Shown here: piece after piece, positions 1-9,320 of the stretch
Numbering within the stretch: position 1 is the stretch's first letter
How the letters are laid out: each line of letters starts with the position of its first letter
NCBI GenBank assembly: GCA_963664875.1
Contig: OY761611.1
Span: 2,784,001 to 2,848,000, forward strand
Direction of reading: 5' to 3'
DNA length: 64,000 nt
Source: Candidatus Kapaibacterium sp.
GTDB taxonomy: Bacteria > Bacteroidota > Ignavibacteria > Kapaibacteriales > UBA2268
Notes under the pieces: model-generated
What the model saw: only the letters and a program-made list of their open reading frames with translations
Database searches by the model: none
What the model was told of the DNA's origin: nothing
Made by a program: the position numbers and the translations under genes

Positions 1-1
1 A

Positions 2-2785
2 GATACAGATATATATTTTGCAAGGCAGATGGTAAGCCAGCGTTTGCAGTCTATTGTTGAAGAGCTGCCTTCGGGTGTGTCTTCACCGCAGTTAGGGCCG
101 ATTTCGACGGCACTTGGTGAGATCTATCAATATGTAGTCAGAGGTAACGGACATTCTCTTACTGAGCTTAGAACAATTCAGGACTGGATGATTGCTCCAC
201 AGCTGAAAACTATCAAAGGTGTTACTGAGATAACAGCTTTTGGTGGCTTTGTTAAGCAGTATGATGTAACTATCATGCCCGGCAGGATGAAAAACCTTGA
301 TATATCATTAGAGGAGATTCTTGCCGCAATCGAATCTAACAATAGCGTTTCGGGTGGTAATTATTTAGAGCATAACCGCGAGCAGTACATTATTCGTGGT
401 TTTGGACAGATTACAGGTGTAAATGATATTCAAGATATTATTATTAAAAATCTTGACGGCAGACCTATATATGTAGGCGATGTAGCTGAAGTAAATATTG
501 GCAAACAACTCCGCCAAGGGGCTGTTACTCAAGACGGTAAAGGCGAAATTGTTACCGGTATCGTAATGATGCTTAGAGGCGGAAACAGTAAAAATGTTAT
601 CACAAGTATTGTAGATAAGATTGAAACAATCAACGCCGGACTTCCTAATGGCGTAAAAATTGAAAAATACTATGACCAGTCTGACTTAATCAAAAGAACA
701 ACTGACACTTTAAAGACTAACCTTCTCGAAGGTGGTTTCTTTGTAATGGTGGTTCTTTTGTTGATGCTTGGAGAGATTAAGGGTGCAATCATCGTTGCAA
801 CAGTAATTCCTTTTTCTATGCTTTTTGCATTTATCGGAATGAAAGAATTCGGACTTGCTGCAAACCTTATGAGTCTTGGTGCAATTGACTTTGGTATGGT
901 GGTCGATGGCTCGGTCGTTATGGTTGAAAACATAATCCACAAGCTGCAACACAGCAAAGATGAGAGTAAGTTTGAAATTATGCTGAAGGCTGCTAAAGAA
1001 GTTTCCAGACCAATCTTCTTCGGTGTGATGATTATCTTGATGGTATATGTGCCTATCATGACTTTTAGCGGTATGGAGGGTATCTTATTCCGTCCCATGG
1101 CGATTACTGTAATGACAGCAGTATTTGGTTCTCTAATACTCGCTTTGGTTTATGTGCCTGCACTATCCGCTATTTTCTTCAGAAAAGGCATTAAGCTTAG
1201 AAAAAATATAGTGATGGATAAACTTAAACCTCTTTACGAGAAGTTCCTTTCTAAGATAATTTATAAACGTGGCTTGGTGCTTGGTGTGGCACTAACTGTT
1301 CTTGCCCTTTCACTTTTACTGATTCCGTATCTTGGTACAGAGTTTCTACCGGAATTAGATGAAGGTTCGATACTTATCGAACAGGTGAGAATGCCTTCTG
1401 TTACATTAGATGAATCTGTTCGCAATGCTAATAAGATAGCAGACAGCATCAAAAGATATATCCCTGAAGTGCAGACTGTTGTACCAAAAACAGGACGCTC
1501 CGATTTAGCAAATGACTGGATGGGCGTGCATCAAACAGATGTTTGGGTACTTTTGAAAAATATGGATGAATGGCGTCCGGGTATTACAAAAGAAGACCTC
1601 GTTGAAGAGATGAAACCATTTCTTAGCCACGAACCTGGTCTTGCTTACAACTTTACTCAACCTATCGCCATGAGAGTAGATGAGCTTACTTCAGGTGTTA
1701 AGTCAGATGTTGCTGTTAAAATTTACGGCGAAGACTTAGAGGAGCTAAATCAAATCGGTGCGGATATACTCTCTGTTGCCCAAAAGCTGCAAGGCACAGA
1801 TAACTCTTATCTTGAGCAACCTATTGGGCAGCCATATCTGAATATAAAAATTGACAGAAACGCCGTAGCAAAATACGGTATAAACGTAGATGATGTGCAG
1901 AGGGTAATCGAGCTTGGCATCGGTGGTTACACAGGTGGGCAGGTATTCGAAGGGCAGAAGAGATTTGACATTGTACTTCGTTTTCCTGAGCATATAAGAG
2001 ATAAGTTTGAGAAAATTAAAAACGCTCCTGTAGCATTGCCTACCGGTGGGTTTATTGCATTGAAAGATGTAGCAGATGTTATTCCTGAAGAAGGTCCACG
2101 AGAAATCGTCAGGGAAAATGGTTGGCGCAGAGTAGTAGTGAGTATTAATCTTAAAGATATTGATATAGGTACTTACGTAGCAAATCTACAAAAAGCAGTA
2201 AAAGCTGATTTAGATATACCTGCCGGCTATTTTCTTGAGTACGGTGGTGCTTTCGAAAATCAGCAACGTGCTATGAATCACTTACTTATAGTAGTGCCCT
2301 TGTCATTATTTATAATACTCGGTTTGCTGTATCTGATGTTCGGAAATTTGAGGTACTCATTCCTTATTTTCTTAAATCTTCCATTTGCATTATCGGGTGG
2401 TATATTTATGCTCTATATCAGAGGGCTATATCTCTCAGTTTCAGCAAGTATAGGTTTTGTAGCTTTGTTTGGTGTGGCGGTGCTAAATGGTATTGTGCTT
2501 GTAGAGCACATCAATGTGCTTCGTAAAAAAGGGCAGTCAGTTCGCGATGCAGTAATACACGGGGCAGCAGACAGGCTTCGCCCTGTGCTGATGACAGCTA
2601 TGGTAGCAGGCTTTGGTTTTATTCCTATGGCATTTAATACCGGGCCGGGTTCGGAAGTGCAGCGTCCGCTAGCATCTGTAGTAATTGGTGGGTTGATTAC
2701 TGCGACGCTTCTTACTTTACTTGTGCTGCCAACTATTTACGAGTGGTTGGAAGATAGAGAGAAGAGAAAAGCTAACACTGATTGA
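2..2785 (+). CDS. CusA/CzcA-family heavy-metal efflux RND permease (5'-truncated by window edge)
   Basis: Motifs LGPISTALGEIYQY, ANLMSLGAIDFG, GTEFLPELDEG, RLRPVLMT, GSEVQRPLA; the frame is open from position 2 (DTDIYFARQMV), so the true start lies upstream of the window. Confidence 0.93.
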   Translation, partial: DTDIYFARQMVSQRLQSIVEELPSGVSSPQLGPISTALGEIYQYVVRGNGHSLTELRTIQDWMIAPQLKTIKGVTEITAFGGFVKQYDVTIMPGRMKNLDISLEEILAAIESNNSVSGGNYLEHNREQYIIRGFGQITGVNDIQDIIIKNLDGRPIYVGDVAEVNIGKQLRQGAVTQDGKGEIVTGIVMMLRGGNSKNVITSIVDKIETINAGLPNGVKIEKYYDQSDLIKRTTDTLKTNLLEGGFFVMVVLLLMLGEIKGAIIVATVIPFSMLFAFIGMKEFGLAANLMSLGAIDFGMVVDGSVVMVENIIHKLQHSKDESKFEIMLKAAKEVSRPIFFGVMIILMVYVPIMTFSGMEGILFRPMAITVMTAVFGSLILALVYVPALSAIFFRKGIKLRKNIVMDKLKPLYEKFLSKIIYKRGLVLGVALTVLALSLLLIPYLGTEFLPELDEGSILIEQVRMPSVTLDESVRNANKIADSIKRYIPEVQTVVPKTGRSDLANDWMGVHQTDVWVLLKNMDEWRPGITKEDLVEEMKPFLSHEPGLAYNFTQPIAMRVDELTSGVKSDVAVKIYGEDLEELNQIGADILSVAQKLQGTDNSYLEQPIGQPYLNIKIDRNAVAKYGINVDDVQRVIELGIGGYTGGQVFEGQKRFDIVLRFPEHIRDKFEKIKNAPVALPTGGFIALKDVADVIPEEGPREIVRENGWRRVVVSINLKDIDIGTYVANLQKAVKADLDIPAGYFLEYGGAFENQQRAMNHLLIVVPLSLFIILGLLYLMFGNLRYSFLIFLNLPFALSGGIFMLYIRGLYLSVSASIGFVALFGVAVLNGIVLVEHINVLRKKGQSVRDAVIHGAADRLRPVLMTAMVAGFGFIPMAFNTGPGSEVQRPLASVVIGGLITATLLTLLVLPTIYEWLEDREKRKANTD

Positions 2786-2944
2786 CATATTCCCAAATAG
2801 CAAAAGACAACAAAACGATACATTTTTAAAGGAATGTATCGTTTTACATATAGAGCAAAAATTCAAGAGATGGGCTTTGATTACTGATAATTATGTTAAG
2901 CATGTTTTTCTCTATTTATAGCTTTTTTTGTATTTTACCGGTTA

Positions 2945-2952
2945 TAGATTTG
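2945..2952 (+). promoter_or_regulatory. Bacteroidota-type -7 promoter element (TAnnTTTG) upstream of gltX
   Basis: TAGATTTG 38 nt before the ATG; the same octamer pattern recurs before 7 other genes in the window. Confidence 0.55.
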
Positions 2953-2989
2953 CAAAATAAAAAATTGAGAAAATTAAGGATAAATCGAA

Positions 2990-4453
2990 ATGGATGTAAG
3001 AGTTAGATTCGCACCTTCCCCTACCGGGTATCTGCACGTGGGTGGCTTGAGAACTGCATTGTATAACTACCTTTTTGCAAGAAAACATGGTGGTAAATGT
3101 ATTTTGCGTATTGAAGATACTGACAGAACACGATTTGTAGAAAATGCAACCGAAAATTTGATTGAAAATTTGAGATGGGCTGGTATCGAGTTTGACGAAA
3201 GTTTAGAAAAAGGTGGTGAGTTCGGGCCTTATGTCCAGTCAGAACGTTTCGATTTATATACAAAATACGGTTTGGAATTATTAGAAAAAGGCTTGGCATA
3301 CTATGCTTTCGATACTTCTGAAGAATTGGAAGCTATGCGACAAAGATTGCAGGAAGAAGGCGGATCTTTCAAATATGACAGAAACAAAATGAGAAATTCC
3401 ATTACCTTGGGTAATGAAGAAACTAAAAGACTTCTCGACTCAGGAGAAAAATACGTTATTAGAATGAAAGTGCCTGAAGATGGAGAAGTTAAATTCAATG
3501 ATATAATTCGTGGTGAAGTAACTGTTCCCTGCAAAGATGTAGATGACCAAATACTTCTAAAGTCCGACGGATTTCCGACTTATCACTTGGCAAATGTTGT
3601 AGATGACCATTTTATGCAGATTTCGCATGTGATTAGAGGCGAAGAGTGGCTTCCTTCGACACCAAAGCACGTCTTACTCTATCAATTTTTTGGTTGGGAT
3701 ACTCCTGATTTCGCTCATTTACCATTGTTGCTCAATGATAAAAAAGCAAAACTCAGCAAACGCCATGGAGATGTTGCTGTCGAAGATTTTAGAGCGAAAG
3801 GCTATTTAAAAGATGCATTTGTCAATTTTATAGCTCTATTAGGATGGAATCCGACAGGAGATAGAGAAATATATTCTATGGAAGAACTTATAGATTTATT
3901 TGATTTGTCAAAAGTTAACAAAGCGGGTGCAGTATTTGATTTGAAAAAGCTTGCATGGATGAATCAACAATATCTCAAAGAGCTAAGCACTGCTGAAGCT
4001 GTTCCTGTCTTGAAAGTAGAACTCGAGAAAGCAGGAGTTGCAAATTTAAGAGATGAATACATTGGCAAAATATTTGAATTATTCAAAGAAAGAGTAACTT
4101 TCATAGGTGAAATTCCGGAAATGACTAACTATCTTTATGCTGCTCCTTCAGAGTTTGAAGAAGCATATATGGCTAAACGTTGGAAAGCTGATACAGCAGA
4201 TTTAGTTAGACCGCTTATCGAAAAACTTTCTACACTTTCTGAATTTACTCATGACAGCACTCATGACTGCACCAAAGCTTTTTGCGAAGAAGCAGGTATA
4301 AAAATGGGTGAATTGATGCATCCACTCAGACTTATGCTTACAGGCAAATCAGCCGGCGCCGGAATGTTTGACACTATGGCTCTTATCGGCAAAGAAGAAT
4401 GTTTGAACAGATTCAGCTCCTTCCTTGCACGAAAAGAAGCGGGTGAATTGTAG
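2990..4453 (+). CDS. gltX: Glutamate--tRNA ligase
   Basis: RVRFAPSPTGYLHVG (HIGH), LRIEDTD, HVIRGEEW, KLSKR (KMSKS). Confidence 0.98.
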   Translation: MDVRVRFAPSPTGYLHVGGLRTALYNYLFARKHGGKCILRIEDTDRTRFVENATENLIENLRWAGIEFDESLEKGGEFGPYVQSERFDLYTKYGLELLEKGLAYYAFDTSEELEAMRQRLQEEGGSFKYDRNKMRNSITLGNEETKRLLDSGEKYVIRMKVPEDGEVKFNDIIRGEVTVPCKDVDDQILLKSDGFPTYHLANVVDDHFMQISHVIRGEEWLPSTPKHVLLYQFFGWDTPDFAHLPLLLNDKKAKLSKRHGDVAVEDFRAKGYLKDAFVNFIALLGWNPTGDREIYSMEELIDLFDLSKVNKAGAVFDLKKLAWMNQQYLKELSTAEAVPVLKVELEKAGVANLRDEYIGKIFELFKERVTFIGEIPEMTNYLYAAPSEFEEAYMAKRWKADTADLVRPLIEKLSTLSEFTHDSTHDCTKAFCEEAGIKMGELMHPLRLMLTGKSAGAGMFDTMALIGKEECLNRFSSFLARKEAGEL

Positions 4454-4454
4454 T

Positions 4455-4895
4455 ATGAAGTATATGCTTTTTATATTGCTTTCGTTATTTGCTCTGAGTT
4501 GTGCTCAAAAGCCGGTATGCTACAATGAAGCTAATAAGAATCAGATTATCCGATGGGGGAAATATTTTGTTCAGGAGGACAAATTTGATGCTTATGAGCT
4601 AACAAGCAATGCAAATATTAGTCAATTTACTCAGGGAAACAAGAGCGATATCTTTGACCTTGGGCAGGCTGATTTGCATCGCTATTGTAATGTTGTTCGA
4701 TCTGTAAGAGCAAATTTGCTCAAAACTCAAACTTACAGCACGCCCGGCGATACTCTATATTTTATAGAATTTGAGAATCATGATATGGAGCTAAGTATGA
4801 GGTTTTCTTGGAACATTCACCATGTCAACAAAGGCAATAAACTATGCATAGCAGCAATGGACTCACTAAACGCATTGCTCGGTACGATAAAGTAA
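4455..4895 (+). CDS. Hypothetical lipoprotein
   Basis: ATG 1 nt after the gltX stop; MKYMLFILLSLFALSC lipobox-type signal. Confidence 0.7.
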   Translation: MKYMLFILLSLFALSCAQKPVCYNEANKNQIIRWGKYFVQEDKFDAYELTSNANISQFTQGNKSDIFDLGQADLHRYCNVVRSVRANLLKTQTYSTPGDTLYFIEFENHDMELSMRFSWNIHHVNKGNKLCIAAMDSLNALLGTIK

Positions 4896-4920
4896 AAAAA
4901 TAGCCGGAATATAGAGATTC

Positions 4921-4965
4921 AAGCCGTTGCTAAATGAAAGTTTTTCTTGGTGACGGCTTTTTTTA
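4921..4965. terminator. Probable intrinsic terminator between convergent genes
   Basis: AAGCCGTT...GACGGCTT followed by a T-run. Confidence 0.5.
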
Positions 4966-5006
4966 TATAGTTTAAATAATTGGAAACGATACTGCTAAGT
5001 TTGCGA

Positions 5007-6710
5007 TTATATACAAATCTTACAATACCTGTCGTCAATAAATACAAAATACAATCCATTATGGAGTTTGCTAAAATCGAGCTCAAAAACCATCCCGTCA
5101 AAAATCTCACAACCGGTATAATTGTAGAGTCTAATCCGCTTATTTGGCGAGTCTTTTATATATTTTAATATTTCAGACGTATTTTTGTTCTCTAATATGC
5201 CCGTAGGGAGGTATTCCCCAACTGTTTTGCGTACAGCTGTTTCATATCTGAATTTTGCAGGTATAGTGTATTCTTTGGGTAAGTTTGGACTTCCTATAGC
5301 CGGGAACTCGTCAGGAATATCCCAGAATTTTGGCTTTCCAGTATAAAGAAATGAAGCTGGCAGGCTCTCTAAGTTTGATTCTGTATTGTCTAATTTCCCT
5401 TTGATATTATTGTAGAGGAAATAATGCCCTTCACCTTGAATATTAAATAAGCCATAAGCTAAACCGTTTCCGGTTATTTCGTTTGCAATTAAGTTGAGTG
5501 TATCTGTTTGCGAAGATGTACAGAAAAACCCGTAGAGTTCAGTTCTGTTCCGTAGGAAGGTATTGTATGGTCCGGAAGGTCCCCAATACTCATCAATCCA
5601 AATGTTCTGCACAATATTAGATTCTATAAGATTTGCATAGGAGAAGTGCCCATGTAACTGGATATCTCCGGCAAAATCAGAAATAGGTTCGGAGCGGTGT
5701 GTTTCGAGAGCATAATTGTAGGCTATTGCGTTGCCATTGGCTCCGTGCTTTGTCATCATTGCATGTCGAAGGTGTCTGAAAATATTATTTTCGACTTTGC
5801 AATCTGAAGAATGGTCGTTAAGTGTTACACCATAGCCTCGTGTGCCACTTCCATCGTAAGTAAAAGCATCATGGATATAGCAACCGCTAACTTCAATATT
5901 TTTGCTGCCTGCAATCATGATATGGCTGCCTACTGATTTGTTGCTTTCGATACCTCTGACTGTGCAGTTATACGCTTTCGAGAAGCTAATATTATAGCCT
6001 GCTCCGCTTGCCGGTTCGTCTATTCTTTCAATATTCAAATACTGAATACCTACATTTTTAATGGGAGCTACTTTTCGGATTTCAGGCTTAAGCCCCATAG
6101 AATAGTTAATGTAAACCAACTCATTGGTAAAAACCGTGTCTTTAGAGATTTGCTTTACTGTAAGGTACTGACCTACAGAATATTTAGCCCAGTCAGCAGG
6201 GTTAGAATCCCAGTCTCCATTTTCCTGTCTTAGTTCTATCAAGTCACCTGAAGTTACATCAAGCTGCGAAGAAGTTATCAAAAAAGCATCGTTTCGTTTT
6301 GGAGCGTTCTGTAAAGCAGTATATTGATTAGAGGCACTTCCGCTGATATTTATGCAGGTTTTTGCTTCGTCTCCAAAATCAAATTGCAGAAAAGTAAGAT
6401 TCGAATTATAGCCGCTAATAATTACACCGGATTTTAATCGGATTGGAGATGAAAATAGATACTCACCCGGTTCTAAAATTAACATTACAGGAGTAGATAC
6501 TGTATCTATGAAAGTGTTGAAAATGGCTGAGTTATCTTTTGTGCCATCAGAAACAAAACCTAAATCACCCGAAGAATAAATAATTTCAGGGTAACTGATT
6601 TCTGACAACCTGCCTGCCTTGGTGAAATCTACAAGCCTATCAAATAAGTTCTCTGCTGAGGCAGAAAACATAGTAAGTACAAAAATCAATATATAGATAA
6701 ACTTAGTCAT
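5007..6710 (-). CDS. Secreted right-handed beta-helix (pectate-lyase-like) protein with probable T9SS type-A C-terminal sorting domain
   Basis: Signal peptide; G-x-V-S-D-G-x-x-D-N-S motif and repeated beta-helix coils; C-terminus IRLYNYTG...LDFSKLHNGLYFVFID...KICI. Confidence 0.75.
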   Translation of the reverse strand: MTKFIYILIFVLTMFSASAENLFDRLVDFTKAGRLSEISYPEIIYSSGDLGFVSDGTKDNSAIFNTFIDTVSTPVMLILEPGEYLFSSPIRLKSGVIISGYNSNLTFLQFDFGDEAKTCINISGSASNQYTALQNAPKRNDAFLITSSQLDVTSGDLIELRQENGDWDSNPADWAKYSVGQYLTVKQISKDTVFTNELVYINYSMGLKPEIRKVAPIKNVGIQYLNIERIDEPASGAGYNISFSKAYNCTVRGIESNKSVGSHIMIAGSKNIEVSGCYIHDAFTYDGSGTRGYGVTLNDHSSDCKVENNIFRHLRHAMMTKHGANGNAIAYNYALETHRSEPISDFAGDIQLHGHFSYANLIESNIVQNIWIDEYWGPSGPYNTFLRNRTELYGFFCTSSQTDTLNLIANEITGNGLAYGLFNIQGEGHYFLYNNIKGKLDNTESNLESLPASFLYTGKPKFWDIPDEFPAIGSPNLPKEYTIPAKFRYETAVRKTVGEYLPTGILENKNTSEILKYIKDSPNKRIRLYNYTGCEIFDGMVFELDFSKLHNGLYFVFIDDRYCKICI

Positions 6711-6727
6711 GTACTCAATATAAACAA

Positions 6728-6752
6728 AAAGCTGTTTTCAATAAACAGCTTC
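6728..6752 (-). terminator. Intrinsic terminator after the TPR/FN3 operon
   Basis: AAGCTGTT...AACAGCTT hairpin with T-run on the minus strand. Confidence 0.55.
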
Positions 6753-6776
6753 CCTAAATAATTTTCAAAAGCAGGA

Positions 6777-7040
6777 TTAAGCAGTTGGTCTTTCCCATGG
6801 TTGAGGCGGTTCAGACCACTCGCCTTCTTCTTCGTTTTCTTTTCCATTTACTTTCAGAAATCCTTTGTTGATACTTGCGGATTCCATAGAGCATTGAGTA
6901 TCTGTTACGTTTTTGTATATGCTGTAAGTGCCACTTTCCGTTGCACAAATATTGACATTATAGCTTGTTGCACCATCAACCGAATCCCACGTTACAATGC
7001 CGGTAGCCGGGTCAAAATTGACATTTTGCGGAGCTTCCAT
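6777..7040 (-). CDS. Stand-alone fibronectin type III-like small protein without signal peptide
   Basis: APQNV...VTWDSVDGATSYNV...KVNG...GEWSEP matches the FN3 pattern; AAGGA RBS lies inside the end of the upstream gene. Confidence 0.7.
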   Translation of the reverse strand: MEAPQNVNFDPATGIVTWDSVDGATSYNVNICATESGTYSIYKNVTDTQCSMESASINKGFLKVNGKENEEEGEWSEPPQPWERPTA

Positions 7041-8186
7041 TTACTTTTTCCTTCTGTAAGTTGAAAATTTTGTAAATATTATATAAGCTAAAAGAGATAC
7101 AATTATTATAAGTGCAAGTAGCAAATATATTTTATCAGAATCTTTATTTTCTTTAAATAATTGAGTCCCTTCATCCAATTGACTTAACTGAGCCATCATA
7201 TCGTTACTTTTTTGCAACGCAGTAGAGTCCTTAATTCTGTGATATAACTCAGTATTACGCTTAGCATAGTCGTAATGTTTAAGTTTGAACTGCAAATCTC
7301 CAAGTTCTTTTAGGAGGTTGAGTTCAAAAAATTTATCACCTAATCCTTTGGCAATGGAGATGGCTCTATGTATGTAATTCGTATCCTTAGTAATGTTAGA
7401 CTTTAGAGCAAGAAGCTGCGCGACATCACTCGGTTGTTTTGCTTCATCTATTATGTACAAAAGTGAATCAACTGTTTTTATACTCACGTCTCCATAGGCT
7501 TCTTGTCTTATCGAGTAATAATTTAGAGTGGCATTCAAATCGTTATTATTCTTCCATTTATCATAGTAGTCCATAGATTTTTTGTAATAATATAATGCCG
7601 AATCTAATTGATTGAATCTATAAAAGTAATATCCATACATATCCAAAAAGGTCTTTTTTTCGATATTGCCAAAAGAGATGGAATTATAAGCTATGTCGAG
7701 ATAGTGCTTGGCACTGTCTTTCATGTCTAAGTCTAAATAGGCGGAAATTAAATCATCGTAAAATGCAAAAACAGAAATACTATCACTTAGCTGTAAATAT
7801 CCCTTGCGTTTATTCAAATAAGTAATTGCCTTTTCCATATCATTGACAGATTTATAAGCATTAAAAAGGAATCCGTAAAGCTGGAAAGTCAGTGAAGAGT
7901 CTTCAAATTGAGTAACAAGATTTTCTGCTTTAAGTAAGAACCGTAACTGTCCTATTTGATTGCCACGCTTGGCGTTAACGGTTGCAAGGTCAATCAAAGC
8001 AACGGCTTCTCTTCTAATATCCAAATAACTTCGATACTCAATCAAGGCATCATTAAAAAGTTTTTCTGCACTATCTAAATCTTTATGGTAAATATTCCAA
8101 GCAGCCTGATGCTTTGTCGAAAGCTCTTCGAAAGTTATAGAAAGCATCGCCAGCATAGATATTACTATGTAGAAAATTGAGTTCAT
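7041..8186 (-). CDS. Membrane-anchored TPR-repeat protein (paralog 3)
   Basis: N-terminal hydrophobic segment, TPR-like helices (LDSALYYYKKS), C-terminal TM plus basic tail YRRKK; GAGGTG RBS. Confidence 0.85.
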   Translation of the reverse strand: MNSIFYIVISMLAMLSITFEELSTKHQAAWNIYHKDLDSAEKLFNDALIEYRSYLDIRREAVALIDLATVNAKRGNQIGQLRFLLKAENLVTQFEDSSLTFQLYGFLFNAYKSVNDMEKAITYLNKRKGYLQLSDSISVFAFYDDLISAYLDLDMKDSAKHYLDIAYNSISFGNIEKKTFLDMYGYYFYRFNQLDSALYYYKKSMDYYDKWKNNNDLNATLNYYSIRQEAYGDVSIKTVDSLLYIIDEAKQPSDVAQLLALKSNITKDTNYIHRAISIAKGLGDKFFELNLLKELGDLQFKLKHYDYAKRNTELYHRIKDSTALQKSNDMMAQLSQLDEGTQLFKENKDSDKIYLLLALIIIVSLLAYIIFTKFSTYRRKK

Positions 8187-8195
8187 AGGACCACC

Positions 8196-9317
8196 TCAGG
8201 ATTTCCGTGACTTAGTATAAACTATATACAAAATAAGAGCTAATATTGCAGCAAGAAGAATATATAAAATGTAGTTTTCTTTCTCTTCAGTCGTTTTCTC
8301 AGATTCCGGAGTAAACTCACTTAAATTCTTTAATATGACACTGGATTTGTATTGCTCGACTGAATCTTTGAGTTTGTGATAAAGTTCGGAATTTGCCCTC
8401 GATGCTTCATAGTGTTTTAATTTGAACTGTAAATCTGCAAGTTCTTCTATCAAATCAAGATAAAATTCAGGACGATGCTTTTTGGAAATATCAATAGCTT
8501 GATGAATGTAAGAAGTGTCTTTAAGCACTTGCGATTTTAATGCCAATAGCTGAGGTAAATCGCCTTTTAAATCGTGTTTGTTGATTATAGTTTCCAAAGA
8601 ATCAATAGTTTTGATTTCCACATTCCCATAATATTTCTGCTTGGTAGAGTAATAATTCAGTACAGCCTGCAATTTGATTTTATTTTTCCAACCATCATAA
8701 TACATTGCTCTGTCCAAATAATAAAGAGCAGAATCTGCTATGCCAAGTTCGTCAAAATAATAACCATAGCTGATATAGATATTTCGTTTTTTTTCTACAT
8801 CAAGGGGTATAATGGCGTCTGCTTTCCTCATATAGTCTATAGCTGCCTGATTATTTCCCATAGCAGATGAAATGCTTGCAAGGTCTTTGTAGTAATCGGA
8901 AATTCTAAGAGAGTCATCTTCCGCTATGTATTTCCGTTTAATATTGAGGTATTCTAACGCTTTATCATAGCGATTATAAGCTGAATATACAAAAATCAAA
9001 TTTGAGTAAAGCGTAGAGATGATTGTAGTATCATCAAAATTTTTGGTCAATCTTTCTGCTTTGTGCAGATAACTTAATCTTTTGAGGGGAGCATTCTTTT
9101 TGTTGTACAACGAAGCCAAATCAATCAAAGCAACTGCTTCTCTTCTGACATCAAGATAACTTCTGTATTCTGCTAATGCCTGCATGAAAAGTACCTCAGC
9201 ACTATCCAGATTTTCAGGTACAATTTTCCAAGCAGCCTGATGCGTTTCCGATAACTCATCAAATGTAATTGAGAGCATAGCTATCATTGATAAAAAAATA
9301 TAGAAAAAAGTATTCAT
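8196..9317 (-). CDS. Membrane-anchored TPR-repeat protein (paralog 2)
   Basis: Same architecture; shares MLSITFDELSETHQAAW...YRSYLDVRREAVALIDLA with its neighbours. Confidence 0.85.
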   Translation of the reverse strand: MNTFFYIFLSMIAMLSITFDELSETHQAAWKIVPENLDSAEVLFMQALAEYRSYLDVRREAVALIDLASLYNKKNAPLKRLSYLHKAERLTKNFDDTTIISTLYSNLIFVYSAYNRYDKALEYLNIKRKYIAEDDSLRISDYYKDLASISSAMGNNQAAIDYMRKADAIIPLDVEKKRNIYISYGYYFDELGIADSALYYLDRAMYYDGWKNKIKLQAVLNYYSTKQKYYGNVEIKTIDSLETIINKHDLKGDLPQLLALKSQVLKDTSYIHQAIDISKKHRPEFYLDLIEELADLQFKLKHYEASRANSELYHKLKDSVEQYKSSVILKNLSEFTPESEKTTEEKENYILYILLAAILALILYIVYTKSRKS

Positions 9318-9320
9318 AAC

